A stretch of 64,000 nt of DNA from a virus. The stretch spans positions 64,001 through 128,000 of IMG/VR virus record IMGVR_UViG_3300032293_001706. One strand, 5' to 3'. Positions 7,950 through 16,800 of the stretch are shown piece after piece (position 1 is the stretch's first letter; the number at the start of each line of letters is the position of its first letter). The notes under the pieces were generated by a model. It was not told where the DNA came from. It ran no database searches and saw nothing but the letters and a program-made list of their open reading frames with translations. The position numbers and the translations under genes were made by a program.

Positions 7950-10490
7950 ATGGCAACACAGAATATCAATAACTTTTATTTTAGAAGATTCGATGCATTT
8001 ACAGACGACAGTGAATATACTGATTTCTTTCTAGTTGCAGACGAAAAACAATACGATGAAGAAGTAATTTTTTCTAATCAATTAATTGCATATGAAAACG
8101 GACAAAGATTACCAATCAACATAGAATTGTTCAATACTGGTTCATCACAAAATATTTTATTATCATATGGTGAATATAATACAGGAAACACATTAGTTTC
8201 TTTAAACAATTACAATGATAATACATTAAATGATACTTGTTATAGTGCATTTACAGGTATTTGTGATGTAGGTTTAACAGCTATTGATAATGGACTTGTT
8301 ACGGATATGACAGGAAATACTTTGTATTATTCTATGGGTATCCGAGATGATTACAAGTTTGACCCATTACATTACGATAGAAGATTTAAAATGAGACCTG
8401 TAACAGGATACACACAAAGTCCTAATACAAGATTTTCAGGTATTTCGTCCCAAATATTGTATAATATTGTGACAAAAACAGGCTCAACAATTGGTCAATA
8501 TTATGACTTATATGGTGGATACCTACAAGGGTTTTATCAATTATATGGGTATGATTATAAGGTTTTACCTGAAAGAACAAATAAGGGTTGGACGGTTGAA
8601 ATGTTACTAAAACCTAGAGTAACCGATGAATTTACACCTGGTGAAAATCAAACTTATTTAAATAACATATATCCTGATAACGCTGGTACTTTCTTTTTCA
8701 TGGGTACAAGAGCGGAAAATAAATTTTGGCATTACGCTTCAGGTACAAATTCAGGGAATACAGGATATACAAGAGTAACAGAAAGTTTATCAAACGGATG
8801 TATCGAAACTTGTTCTTGTAGTAATACAGCGGTAACAAATTCAAATTGTTATACAACATATCCACTTTCGGCAATTACAATACAAAAAAATTGTTCAACG
8901 GACACCGTAATACAAACAGAAAAAAATACACAATTAGACACATATTCAAATGCACTTTCATTTAGATTAGAAGGTGACCCAACCAATCCAAAATTATGTG
9001 TAAAATACCTTTTATGGACGGGTAATTGCGAAACAACAGGAAGTTGTACAAATACCGGAGTAACTTATGAAACAGGTTATACAATTACTGAAATTTGTTC
9101 AACTGACGGAATTTATGATGTTTGTAGAACAGGAAATACTGGTATTGACAATTGGGTAATGATTAATGTCGTATTCAGTAGATATCAAACATTAGAAGAT
9201 TGTGATTTAATTAATTTAGGTGGTTTAGGTGGGATGAGAGAATTAGTTTACACGGCATCCGCAGTTGATAATACGGTGTCGTTAATTAAACCCCCTAGTA
9301 CACATCCTGATAACACATACCCCGAAAAAGTTGAAATAATTAGTTTGCAACAAAAGTGGTTAGAAGAAAGAAACTATAGATTGGGTGATTTAATTTTTTA
9401 TGTAAACGGAAAACGTTTTATGAAAATTGAAAACTTTGAAGAAATTATTCCAAGAGAATTGGATGAAGTTAAAGAAAAACAAGTAGGAGTTCCGTTTAAT
9501 ATTTCTTGGGGTGGTGGTAGTTTCGGTCTAAGAGAATCATTAACATTTAGTGGTTGTTCAGGAGCAACAGGACCATATATTCAAGACCCTGAAGTAATGT
9601 CTGAAAATACTTTAAGTGGTACTAGTCTATCAGGTCTATCAACTCCAATATTAATAGAACAAAATTTTGGTGGTACATTTATGGGTGCAATATCAGAATT
9701 TAGAATGTATATTGAACCTTTAGTTTCATCACAAATACAACATAACTACAGAATACTAAAAGATAAATACCAATTCTTTGATGTTGATTGTCCAACTTGT
9801 CCGACACCAACTCCGACACCAACACCTTCTGTTACCCCTAATCTATCACCAACTCCGACACCATCGGTTACTCCAACGGCAACAATTACATCGACACCAA
9901 CACCGACACCAAGCGAATTGCCGAAGTTGGCTTATCTATTCATAGAACCACAAACAGGTTCAACATTAATTGGTCAATACTTATACGACTTGGATAATAC
10001 AAGATTGTTCTTTGGATTTACAAACGCATCAATGCCTGATACAACAGATGCGACACAATTCAATGTGGATATGAACCAATATGTTTCTTATTCTGGTTGG
10101 TCAAATGGAGTATTCCCCGCAGTTCAAAGTGAAACTGTACCACAAACATCAGGAGGTGTTGATAGTTTTGGAAACGCAATACAAGCATACAACTTCAAAA
10201 CACACGAAGTTTCTGCTCATACGATTAATAGTCCTGCGTGGTTTACTTGGATTATTGCAACAGGTTTCACAAACGGATTACAACAATTGCAGATTGATTA
10301 TAATGTCAATGGAAATCCGAATGTATTTACAACAGTATTTACCGAATCAACAATTAGAAGTCAAACATTTACTTATACAGGTTCAACAATACCTCCTGGA
10401 ACATATAGAGTTTACACCACATTTAGTGACTTTGCATTCTATATCACAGATAATGATAATATATACTTTAAAGGTAATGTTTGTGGGTAA
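7950..10490 (+). CDS. Large virion structural protein (LamG-like signature, Cys-rich segment, Pro-Thr linker)
   Basis: FMGAISEFRMYIEPL LamG-type signature, CIETCSCSN-type Cys clusters, PTPTPTPS repeat; TATTTAT at 7937-7943. Confidence 0.6.
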   Translation: MATQNINNFYFRRFDAFTDDSEYTDFFLVADEKQYDEEVIFSNQLIAYENGQRLPINIELFNTGSSQNILLSYGEYNTGNTLVSLNNYNDNTLNDTCYSAFTGICDVGLTAIDNGLVTDMTGNTLYYSMGIRDDYKFDPLHYDRRFKMRPVTGYTQSPNTRFSGISSQILYNIVTKTGSTIGQYYDLYGGYLQGFYQLYGYDYKVLPERTNKGWTVEMLLKPRVTDEFTPGENQTYLNNIYPDNAGTFFFMGTRAENKFWHYASGTNSGNTGYTRVTESLSNGCIETCSCSNTAVTNSNCYTTYPLSAITIQKNCSTDTVIQTEKNTQLDTYSNALSFRLEGDPTNPKLCVKYLLWTGNCETTGSCTNTGVTYETGYTITEICSTDGIYDVCRTGNTGIDNWVMINVVFSRYQTLEDCDLINLGGLGGMRELVYTASAVDNTVSLIKPPSTHPDNTYPEKVEIISLQQKWLEERNYRLGDLIFYVNGKRFMKIENFEEIIPRELDEVKEKQVGVPFNISWGGGSFGLRESLTFSGCSGATGPYIQDPEVMSENTLSGTSLSGLSTPILIEQNFGGTFMGAISEFRMYIEPLVSSQIQHNYRILKDKYQFFDVDCPTCPTPTPTPTPSVTPNLSPTPTPSVTPTATITSTPTPTPSELPKLAYLFIEPQTGSTLIGQYLYDLDNTRLFFGFTNASMPDTTDATQFNVDMNQYVSYSGWSNGVFPAVQSETVPQTSGGVDSFGNAIQAYNFKTHEVSAHTINSPAWFTWIIATGFTNGLQQLQIDYNVNGNPNVFTTVFTESTIRSQTFTYTGSTIPPGTYRVYTTFSDFAFYITDNDNIYFKGNVCG

Positions 10491-10520
10491 AATAAATAAA
10501 TTAAATAGTATTTATATATA

Positions 10521-10901
10521 ATGGAATTTTTTATAAAAAAAGGCGCAACACTCCCAATTCTTAAAATGCAAATTGTTAAGGATGGTAGGAACGATTTCCG
10601 TAATTTCATGGAAGATTTGGAAAATGCAATTATTACATTTTCAATGAGGAATGAAGGTGATGGTACATTAAAAATAGCTTCAAAACCAGCATATATTGTT
10701 CAAAAATTAATGGATAATCCTGATGCTCCTGTTGAATATTATATATATTATCAGTTTACCTCTAGTGATACAAAGAAATCAGGAAGGTTTTTAGGTGAAT
10801 TTAGTGTAACCACTGCACAAGGGGAACTCATTGTTCCAATTAGAGAAAATCTTTATATTAATGTAACCGATTCATTTATTAAAACACAATATTGTTGTTG
10901 A
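10521..10901 (+). CDS. Small structural protein, BppU N-terminal-like Ig fold
   Basis: FFIKKGATLPILKMQI...YYQFTSSDTKKSGRFLGEF pattern. Confidence 0.5.
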   Translation: MEFFIKKGATLPILKMQIVKDGRNDFRNFMEDLENAIITFSMRNEGDGTLKIASKPAYIVQKLMDNPDAPVEYYIYYQFTSSDTKKSGRFLGEFSVTTAQGELIVPIRENLYINVTDSFIKTQYCC

Positions 10902-10926
10902 TTTTATAATGTCTTAATATTATCAT
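10898..10926 (+). promoter_or_regulatory. Sigma70-like promoter upstream of DNA polymerase
   Basis: TTGATT (10898-10903), 17 nt, TATCAT (10921-10926). Confidence 0.6.
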
Positions 10927-10994
10927 TTTCTTGAAATGAGGAAGGTAAATGTTATAATTCATGACAGCTAATACACCACTCGGAAAGGAAAAAT

Positions 10995-13724
10995 ATGATT
11001 ACACAAGAAGACATTAAAAAATTTTTAGAGGGGTCAGACCCTGAAGAATTCATTACATCAATTGAATTCGATTATCAAACAGATTACATTTACAAAATTA
11101 AAGAAGTACCAGGAAAAGGTAAAATCCTTCAGAAGGATAGTTTTATTGCTTTTGCTTGGGTCGGAGATTTAAGAGGTTTGAACTTTTATAAAGGTTCAAA
11201 AGAACTACAAAAAAGTTCCATGTCGAAATATGGAATTGTAATTGAACAATTAAAAACAATGGGGGATGAAAGATTGGAAAAAGGTTTAACCTATATGGTT
11301 AAGTCTTTAAAGGGTTATAGACCGTTGATTCAATTTTTTAGAGATGGAGGTTTGGACCCTTGGGGTGAAAATTTAAGGGATAAAATAATGATATTACCTC
11401 CCGTTGAACAATATTTGGTTCAAAAAGAAAAAAGATTATTTAAAGGATTTGCCGATTATGATGAAGTTACTCGATTAGTATTTGACTTGGAAACAACTTC
11501 TCTTGAACCTAAAGATGGTAGAATTTTCATGATTGGTTTAAAAACAAACAAGGGTTATCATAAGGTAATTGAATGTTTGGAAGAAGAACAAGAAAAGGAT
11601 GCCATCATTGAGTTTTTTAATATTATAAATCAAATAAAACCATCTATCATTGGGGGACATAATTCATTTAACTTCGACTGGCATTGGATATTTGAAAGAT
11701 GTAAGATTTTGGGTTTGGACATTAAAAAAATATGTCATTCGATGAACCCTGAAAGAACAATTACACAATCAAAACAACTTCTGAAGTTAGCAAATGAGGT
11801 TGAAGATTATATGCAAACTTCAATATGGGGTTATAATATTATTGACATCTTACATTCAGTAAGAAGGGCTCAAGCAATTAATTCAAACATTAAAGCTGCG
11901 GGTTTGAAATATATTACTAAATACTTAAACGCCGAGGCACAAGACCGTGTATATATTGAACATACTGAAATCGGTTCACTATATAAAAAGAAAGAAGAAT
12001 ATTGGTTAAATATTACAAACGGAAAATATCGAAAAGTTGGATTAGACTCAAAAATTGATAGTGTATGTGAAAGAAGAAACGACATATACATTAAAACAAC
12101 AGGTGATAATATTGTTGAAAGATATCTTGATGATGACTTGGAGGAAACTCTATTAGTGGATAAGGAATTTAATCAAGCTTCATTCTTACTTGCATCAATG
12201 ATTCCAACAACGTATGAAAGGGTTTCCACAATGGGAACAGCGACATTATGGCGAATGTTGATGGTTGCCTGGTCATATAAATATGGTTTAGCAATTCCGC
12301 AAAAACAAACTAAAACCGAATTTGTTGGAGGTCTTTCAAGACTGTTAAAAGTTGGATATTCAAAAAACGTTTTGAAGTTAGACTTTAGTTCACTTTATCC
12401 ATCAATTCAATTGGTTCATGATGTGTTCCCAAAATGTGACGTAACAGGAGCGATGAAGGCAATGTTGACTTATTTTAGGGATACTAGGATTAAGTATAAA
12501 AATTTGGCTTCAGAATATAAGACAAAAGATAAAGTTTTGTCACAAACTTACGACAGAAAACAATTACCTATTAAAATTTTTATTAACTCACTATTCGGAG
12601 CGTTATCCGCCCCTCAAGTATTTCATTGGGGGGATATGTACATGGGTGAACAAATTACGACTACGGGAAGGCAATACCTTAGACAGATGTTGTATTTCTT
12701 TATGAAAAGAGGTTATACCCCATTGGTTTGTGATACGGACGGTATGAACTTTTCACTACCCGAAAATGGTGTTGATGATAGAAGATATGTTGGTAAAGGA
12801 AACAATTGGTTGGTGGAAAAAGGTAAAATTTATGAAGGGTACGAAGCCGATGTTGCAGAGTATAATGATATGTTTATGAAAGGAGCAATGGGTCTTGATT
12901 GTGATGGAACTTGGAAGTCTTGTATCAACATTGCCAGAAAAAATTACGCAACAATGGAAAATAACGGTAAAATCAAATTAACAGGAAACACAATCAAATC
13001 AAAAAAACTACCGTTATATATTGAAGAATTTTTGGATAAGGGTGTTAAAATGTTACTTGATGGGGACGGTAGTGGGTTTGTAGAATATTATTATGAATAT
13101 CTACAAAAAATCACAGATATGAAAATTCCTCTTAAATCAATTGCATCAAGGGCTAAAGTTAAAATGTCTTTAGCCGATTATAAAGTAAGATGTACTCAAA
13201 AGACAAAAGCCGGTAGTCTGATGTCGAAAATGGCACACTTAGAATTAGCTATTAGAGACGGATTAAACGTTAATTTGGGTGACGTAATTTATTATGTAAA
13301 CAACGGTACAAGAGCATCACATGGGGATGTTCAAAAGAAAAACGATTCAGTTGTGATTAATTGTTATAGATTAGACAATGAAGAACTTGAAAAAAATCCT
13401 GATATGCTTGGGGAATATAATGTTCCGAGGGCGGTAACAACATTTAATAAAAGAATTGCTCCATTAATGGTTGTTTTTAAAGATGACGTTAGGGATTCAT
13501 TATTGATTGATAATCCTGAAAAACGTGAATTTTTTACTAAAGAACAGTGTGAATTGATAAATGGTTATCCTTTGGAGGATGGTGACCAAGATGAAATCTC
13601 TGATTTGTTGAGTTTATCTGAAAGTGAAAATATATATTGGGAAAAGAGAAGTTTGAACCCTAATTATATCTATGAATTGGCCGAAGAAGGATGGGAACAA
13701 CATGTCGATTTAAATAAGAATTAA
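10995..13724 (+). CDS. polB: Family B DNA polymerase
   Basis: Exonuclease motifs VFDLETT and GHNSFNFD; polymerase motifs LDFSSLYPSI, KIFINSLFG and CDTDG; no intein. Confidence 0.95.
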   Translation: MITQEDIKKFLEGSDPEEFITSIEFDYQTDYIYKIKEVPGKGKILQKDSFIAFAWVGDLRGLNFYKGSKELQKSSMSKYGIVIEQLKTMGDERLEKGLTYMVKSLKGYRPLIQFFRDGGLDPWGENLRDKIMILPPVEQYLVQKEKRLFKGFADYDEVTRLVFDLETTSLEPKDGRIFMIGLKTNKGYHKVIECLEEEQEKDAIIEFFNIINQIKPSIIGGHNSFNFDWHWIFERCKILGLDIKKICHSMNPERTITQSKQLLKLANEVEDYMQTSIWGYNIIDILHSVRRAQAINSNIKAAGLKYITKYLNAEAQDRVYIEHTEIGSLYKKKEEYWLNITNGKYRKVGLDSKIDSVCERRNDIYIKTTGDNIVERYLDDDLEETLLVDKEFNQASFLLASMIPTTYERVSTMGTATLWRMLMVAWSYKYGLAIPQKQTKTEFVGGLSRLLKVGYSKNVLKLDFSSLYPSIQLVHDVFPKCDVTGAMKAMLTYFRDTRIKYKNLASEYKTKDKVLSQTYDRKQLPIKIFINSLFGALSAPQVFHWGDMYMGEQITTTGRQYLRQMLYFFMKRGYTPLVCDTDGMNFSLPENGVDDRRYVGKGNNWLVEKGKIYEGYEADVAEYNDMFMKGAMGLDCDGTWKSCINIARKNYATMENNGKIKLTGNTIKSKKLPLYIEEFLDKGVKMLLDGDGSGFVEYYYEYLQKITDMKIPLKSIASRAKVKMSLADYKVRCTQKTKAGSLMSKMAHLELAIRDGLNVNLGDVIYYVNNGTRASHGDVQKKNDSVVINCYRLDNEELEKNPDMLGEYNVPRAVTTFNKRIAPLMVVFKDDVRDSLLIDNPEKREFFTKEQCELINGYPLEDGDQDEISDLLSLSESENIYWEKRSLNPNYIYELAEEGWEQHVDLNKN

Positions 13725-13734
13725 AATACTTTTT

Positions 13735-14070
13735 TTATTGATATTTAATTCCATCACTAGATAAAATAAACCAATAACCTCCAATGAAATAAAATTCGAC
13801 ACTTGAACCTGAATTTAATTCAATGTCATCATATTTGTCATCGAATTTATTTCTATCAGGTTTTATAATTGTTTTTGTTAAAGATTTAATATAAACGTGG
13901 TCGGTTGTTGAACTATCCAAAGTGATTTCACAATCGTCCACGTTTTTAACAATTATTATGTGTTCACCTTTTGTTACATAGGTTTTTTCCGACAAAATTA
14001 TGCCTTCAGAGGATTCGACCTCAATTCCATTTATAATTCTTTTTGAGGGTATATTCTTTAATATTGGCAT
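13735..14070 (-). CDS. Hypothetical beta-rich protein
   Basis: 111-aa ORF coupled by TAATG to the neck gene. Confidence 0.65.
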   Translation of the reverse strand: MPILKNIPSKRIINGIEVESSEGIILSEKTYVTKGEHIIIVKNVDDCEITLDSSTTDHVYIKSLTKTIIKPDRNKFDDKYDDIELNSGSSVEFYFIGGYWFILSSDGIKYQ

Positions 14071-15197
14071 TAAATTACGTAGAAATTTCCAGGGAAAGCT
14101 CTAAACTTCAATTGTTTGTTAAGGTTTTCAGCTATTAAAGCTTCTCTTTCCATAACCTTGTCAGGTCTTAATCTCGTTAATTGACCTTCAGCGCCAATTA
14201 GTTCTTCAAGTAGTTTCGCTCTTTCATCTTTCGCCTCAGTAGCCAAAGAAGTATAATCAAGAGTTAATTCTGAATCGGGTGTTTTTAAGTTTCCACTATA
14301 CTTTCCCCAAACACGAGAAAGAGTTTCTTTACAATATGCGGTGAACCATCTTCTAACCCATTGTTGTGCAGGAACATTTAATTCAGACCAAGAAAGTTCT
14401 TCTAATGGCACATCTGAAGGTAATTTAACGATGTCAGGGTTTTTTGCTAAACAATCATTTCTATCGCCATCTGTGGTGTCATAATACCAATACCAACATC
14501 TGTATCTGTTAAATGAAATATTTGAGAAGTCGAATCTACCACCAGGTACGTTATAAAGATGTACAATTTTCTTTCCATCAGGTGCTGCGGTGATTCTATA
14601 TGTTAAATCACCAATGATAATTCTTTGTTTGATATTTCTATCTGCCATTCTTAAAAGAACGTCAAATGCTGGCATCATAAAATAACTACCACCCACACCA
14701 AATTGTGCATATCCTGCGGGTCCACCAAGACCAGTACCTCCGAAACCATATAATCCACCCATGAACGGGTCAAAGAAAGTATCATTTAATTCCGCTCTTT
14801 GAAACCAAAGAAGTTCGTTAATTTCTCTCCCTGCAGGAATTTCATATAGTTGTTGATTTGGAACCAAATCAAAATAATCTTTTTTCAAGACCCAAGGACC
14901 ACCAGCTTGTAAACCAACAATTTTTGAATACGCATAAGTATATTGGGTTTCCCAATCTAAACTACGAGTAATAAGTGCGTTTGCAACTGAACGTTCATCC
15001 AAATTAAGACCGTTTAATGAAGTCCATTGTGAATCTATCAACCAATTAAGAACATATTGGGTATAATCACCAATAGCAAGTTCCATTAACGAATCCATTT
15101 GTTCGTCTTCCAATTCAACACCTCTAACGGGTGCTCCAAGAAGATTTCTTATTCTTCTATAAAGTCTGCTTCTTTCGGGTTCTTGTATAATAGCCAT
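14070..15197 (-). CDS. Neck / head-tail connector (T4 gp13-like)
   Basis: LGAPVRGVELEDEQM at the N-terminus, GKYSGNLKTPDSELTLDYTSLATEAKDE near the C-terminus; ATG 15197 lies 5 nt after TATTTAT. Confidence 0.6.
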   Translation of the reverse strand: MAIIQEPERSRLYRRIRNLLGAPVRGVELEDEQMDSLMELAIGDYTQYVLNWLIDSQWTSLNGLNLDERSVANALITRSLDWETQYTYAYSKIVGLQAGGPWVLKKDYFDLVPNQQLYEIPAGREINELLWFQRAELNDTFFDPFMGGLYGFGGTGLGGPAGYAQFGVGGSYFMMPAFDVLLRMADRNIKQRIIIGDLTYRITAAPDGKKIVHLYNVPGGRFDFSNISFNRYRCWYWYYDTTDGDRNDCLAKNPDIVKLPSDVPLEELSWSELNVPAQQWVRRWFTAYCKETLSRVWGKYSGNLKTPDSELTLDYTSLATEAKDERAKLLEELIGAEGQLTRLRPDKVMEREALIAENLNKQLKFRAFPGNFYVI

Positions 15198-15218
15198 TAA
15201 CAATAAATATCATAGATA

Positions 15219-16772
15219 TTAAATTTGGCTACTTTTTTCGAACACGTAATTTCCGTCAATTATTTTTGTTGAATTGTTTTTGAAAACAATAGTTGTATCG
15301 CCATTATTGAACGCAATATAATCTGTTGTATATTTTTTAGGATTACTAACACCATATATAACAACTTCGTTATATGAAAACTTCCTGATAGATGAAAAAG
15401 GTTTTATTTGTATGGTCTTTTCAACACCATTTTCAATAACAATTGCATCAACCCCTGAAATCATATCTTGTTCACTACCCAAACCACCAATTTTTTTTAC
15501 TTCATCGGTGTTAAATATTTTTTTAAGTTGAATTATTGTGTTATCTTCTCTAATATCACCCAACCTATTTGTTTGTTTTAGTTTTTCAAAAATTTCTTGA
15601 AAGGTTTTTGAAGTTTCAAGATTGAATATTCTATTTTTTAATAACTCCAAATAGTTACAAAATCTTTCAACTTCTTTTATTTGTTGTTGCTTATCTGATG
15701 GTGAAAATGAAATTTTTTCCTTATTTACGGATTTTAAATAAACATTTAAGTCGTTCATTAATATACAGAACGCACTATAGTTTGTGTTAAGTTTATTTAT
15801 AACTGACCGTCCTTTTGATTCAAAATCATATATACCTGACATTGAATTGGTTTCATATTCTCCCTTTTCTTTCCAATATTCAGGAAAAACATCTTTCAAA
15901 ATACTGTTTATGGTATGCATAAACTTATATTTTACTTCAGGGTTAGTTGAAAACAATTTATTTATTTCTTTTGTTTGTGTTGAGTTACATCCCATACTTT
16001 CTCTTGATTCACTTATAATTTGTTTGTAAGACTTTGATTCTTTTATTTCTTTTTCGGTTTTTGACAAATATAACGAATTTACGAATTCCCAGTTTATTGC
16101 GGAAAAGAAATTTTTAACATATTCATCTCTTTTGTTTTGGTATTTTAAATAATATGCATGTTCCCACAAATCTAAACCTAAAATAGGAAAACCACCGTCT
16201 TCAACAATGTTCATTAAAGGATTATCCTGATTTGGTGTTATAACAATTTTTAATTTACCACTTTTTGATATTATTAACCAACACCAACCTGAACCAAAAT
16301 TTGATGATGCTTTTTCTATAAAACTTTTCTTAAATTCGTTATAAGAACCAAAATCTTTTTTTATTCTTTCCAAGACCTCACCCTTAATGGTTTGTTTTGT
16401 TGGTGATAACATTTTCCAAAAAAGAGCGTGATTAAACGCACCACCAGCATTATTCCTAACAATTTTATTAAATCTTGAAATACTTCTTATGATTTCTTCA
16501 AGGTCCATATCAGACCTTTTAATATTTTCAATTGCTTTGTTTAACTTTTCAACGTATCCCTTATAATGTCTATTATAGTGAATATTCATTGTCTTAGGGT
16601 CAACAAATCTTAATAATGATGAATATGAATATGGTAACTTTTCGATACCAATTTTTTTCATTTCATTTAGAATTTCTTTTTGTTGGGTGTGTAATTCCTC
16701 TGAAAGATTTTCTTTACCTTCCAAAATTGTTTGAATTTCTTCAATTTCCAAATCTAACTTTTTAAGTTCCAT
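15219..16772 (-). CDS. sod: Fe/Mn superoxide dismutase fused to a C-terminal putative nuclease-like domain
   Basis: LPYSY, HYNRH, GGAFNH, FGSGWCWL, NQDNP, DLWEHAYY; about 250 extra aa containing GVDAIV...IQIKP; probable start ATG 16772, 4 nt after TATTTAT. Confidence 0.85.
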   Translation of the reverse strand: MELKKLDLEIEEIQTILEGKENLSEELHTQQKEILNEMKKIGIEKLPYSYSSLLRFVDPKTMNIHYNRHYKGYVEKLNKAIENIKRSDMDLEEIIRSISRFNKIVRNNAGGAFNHALFWKMLSPTKQTIKGEVLERIKKDFGSYNEFKKSFIEKASSNFGSGWCWLIISKSGKLKIVITPNQDNPLMNIVEDGGFPILGLDLWEHAYYLKYQNKRDEYVKNFFSAINWEFVNSLYLSKTEKEIKESKSYKQIISESRESMGCNSTQTKEINKLFSTNPEVKYKFMHTINSILKDVFPEYWKEKGEYETNSMSGIYDFESKGRSVINKLNTNYSAFCILMNDLNVYLKSVNKEKISFSPSDKQQQIKEVERFCNYLELLKNRIFNLETSKTFQEIFEKLKQTNRLGDIREDNTIIQLKKIFNTDEVKKIGGLGSEQDMISGVDAIVIENGVEKTIQIKPFSSIRKFSYNEVVIYGVSNPKKYTTDYIAFNNGDTTIVFKNNSTKIIDGNYVFEKSSQI

Positions 16773-16800
16773 TACTATAAATAATTGAATTATTGAAAAG

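Noticed and set aside
10081-10521. 146-aa alternative-frame ORF over the end of the 846-aa gene
   Set aside because: Leu/Gln-rich composition typical of an off-frame read; the next gene has its own motif and ATG at 10521
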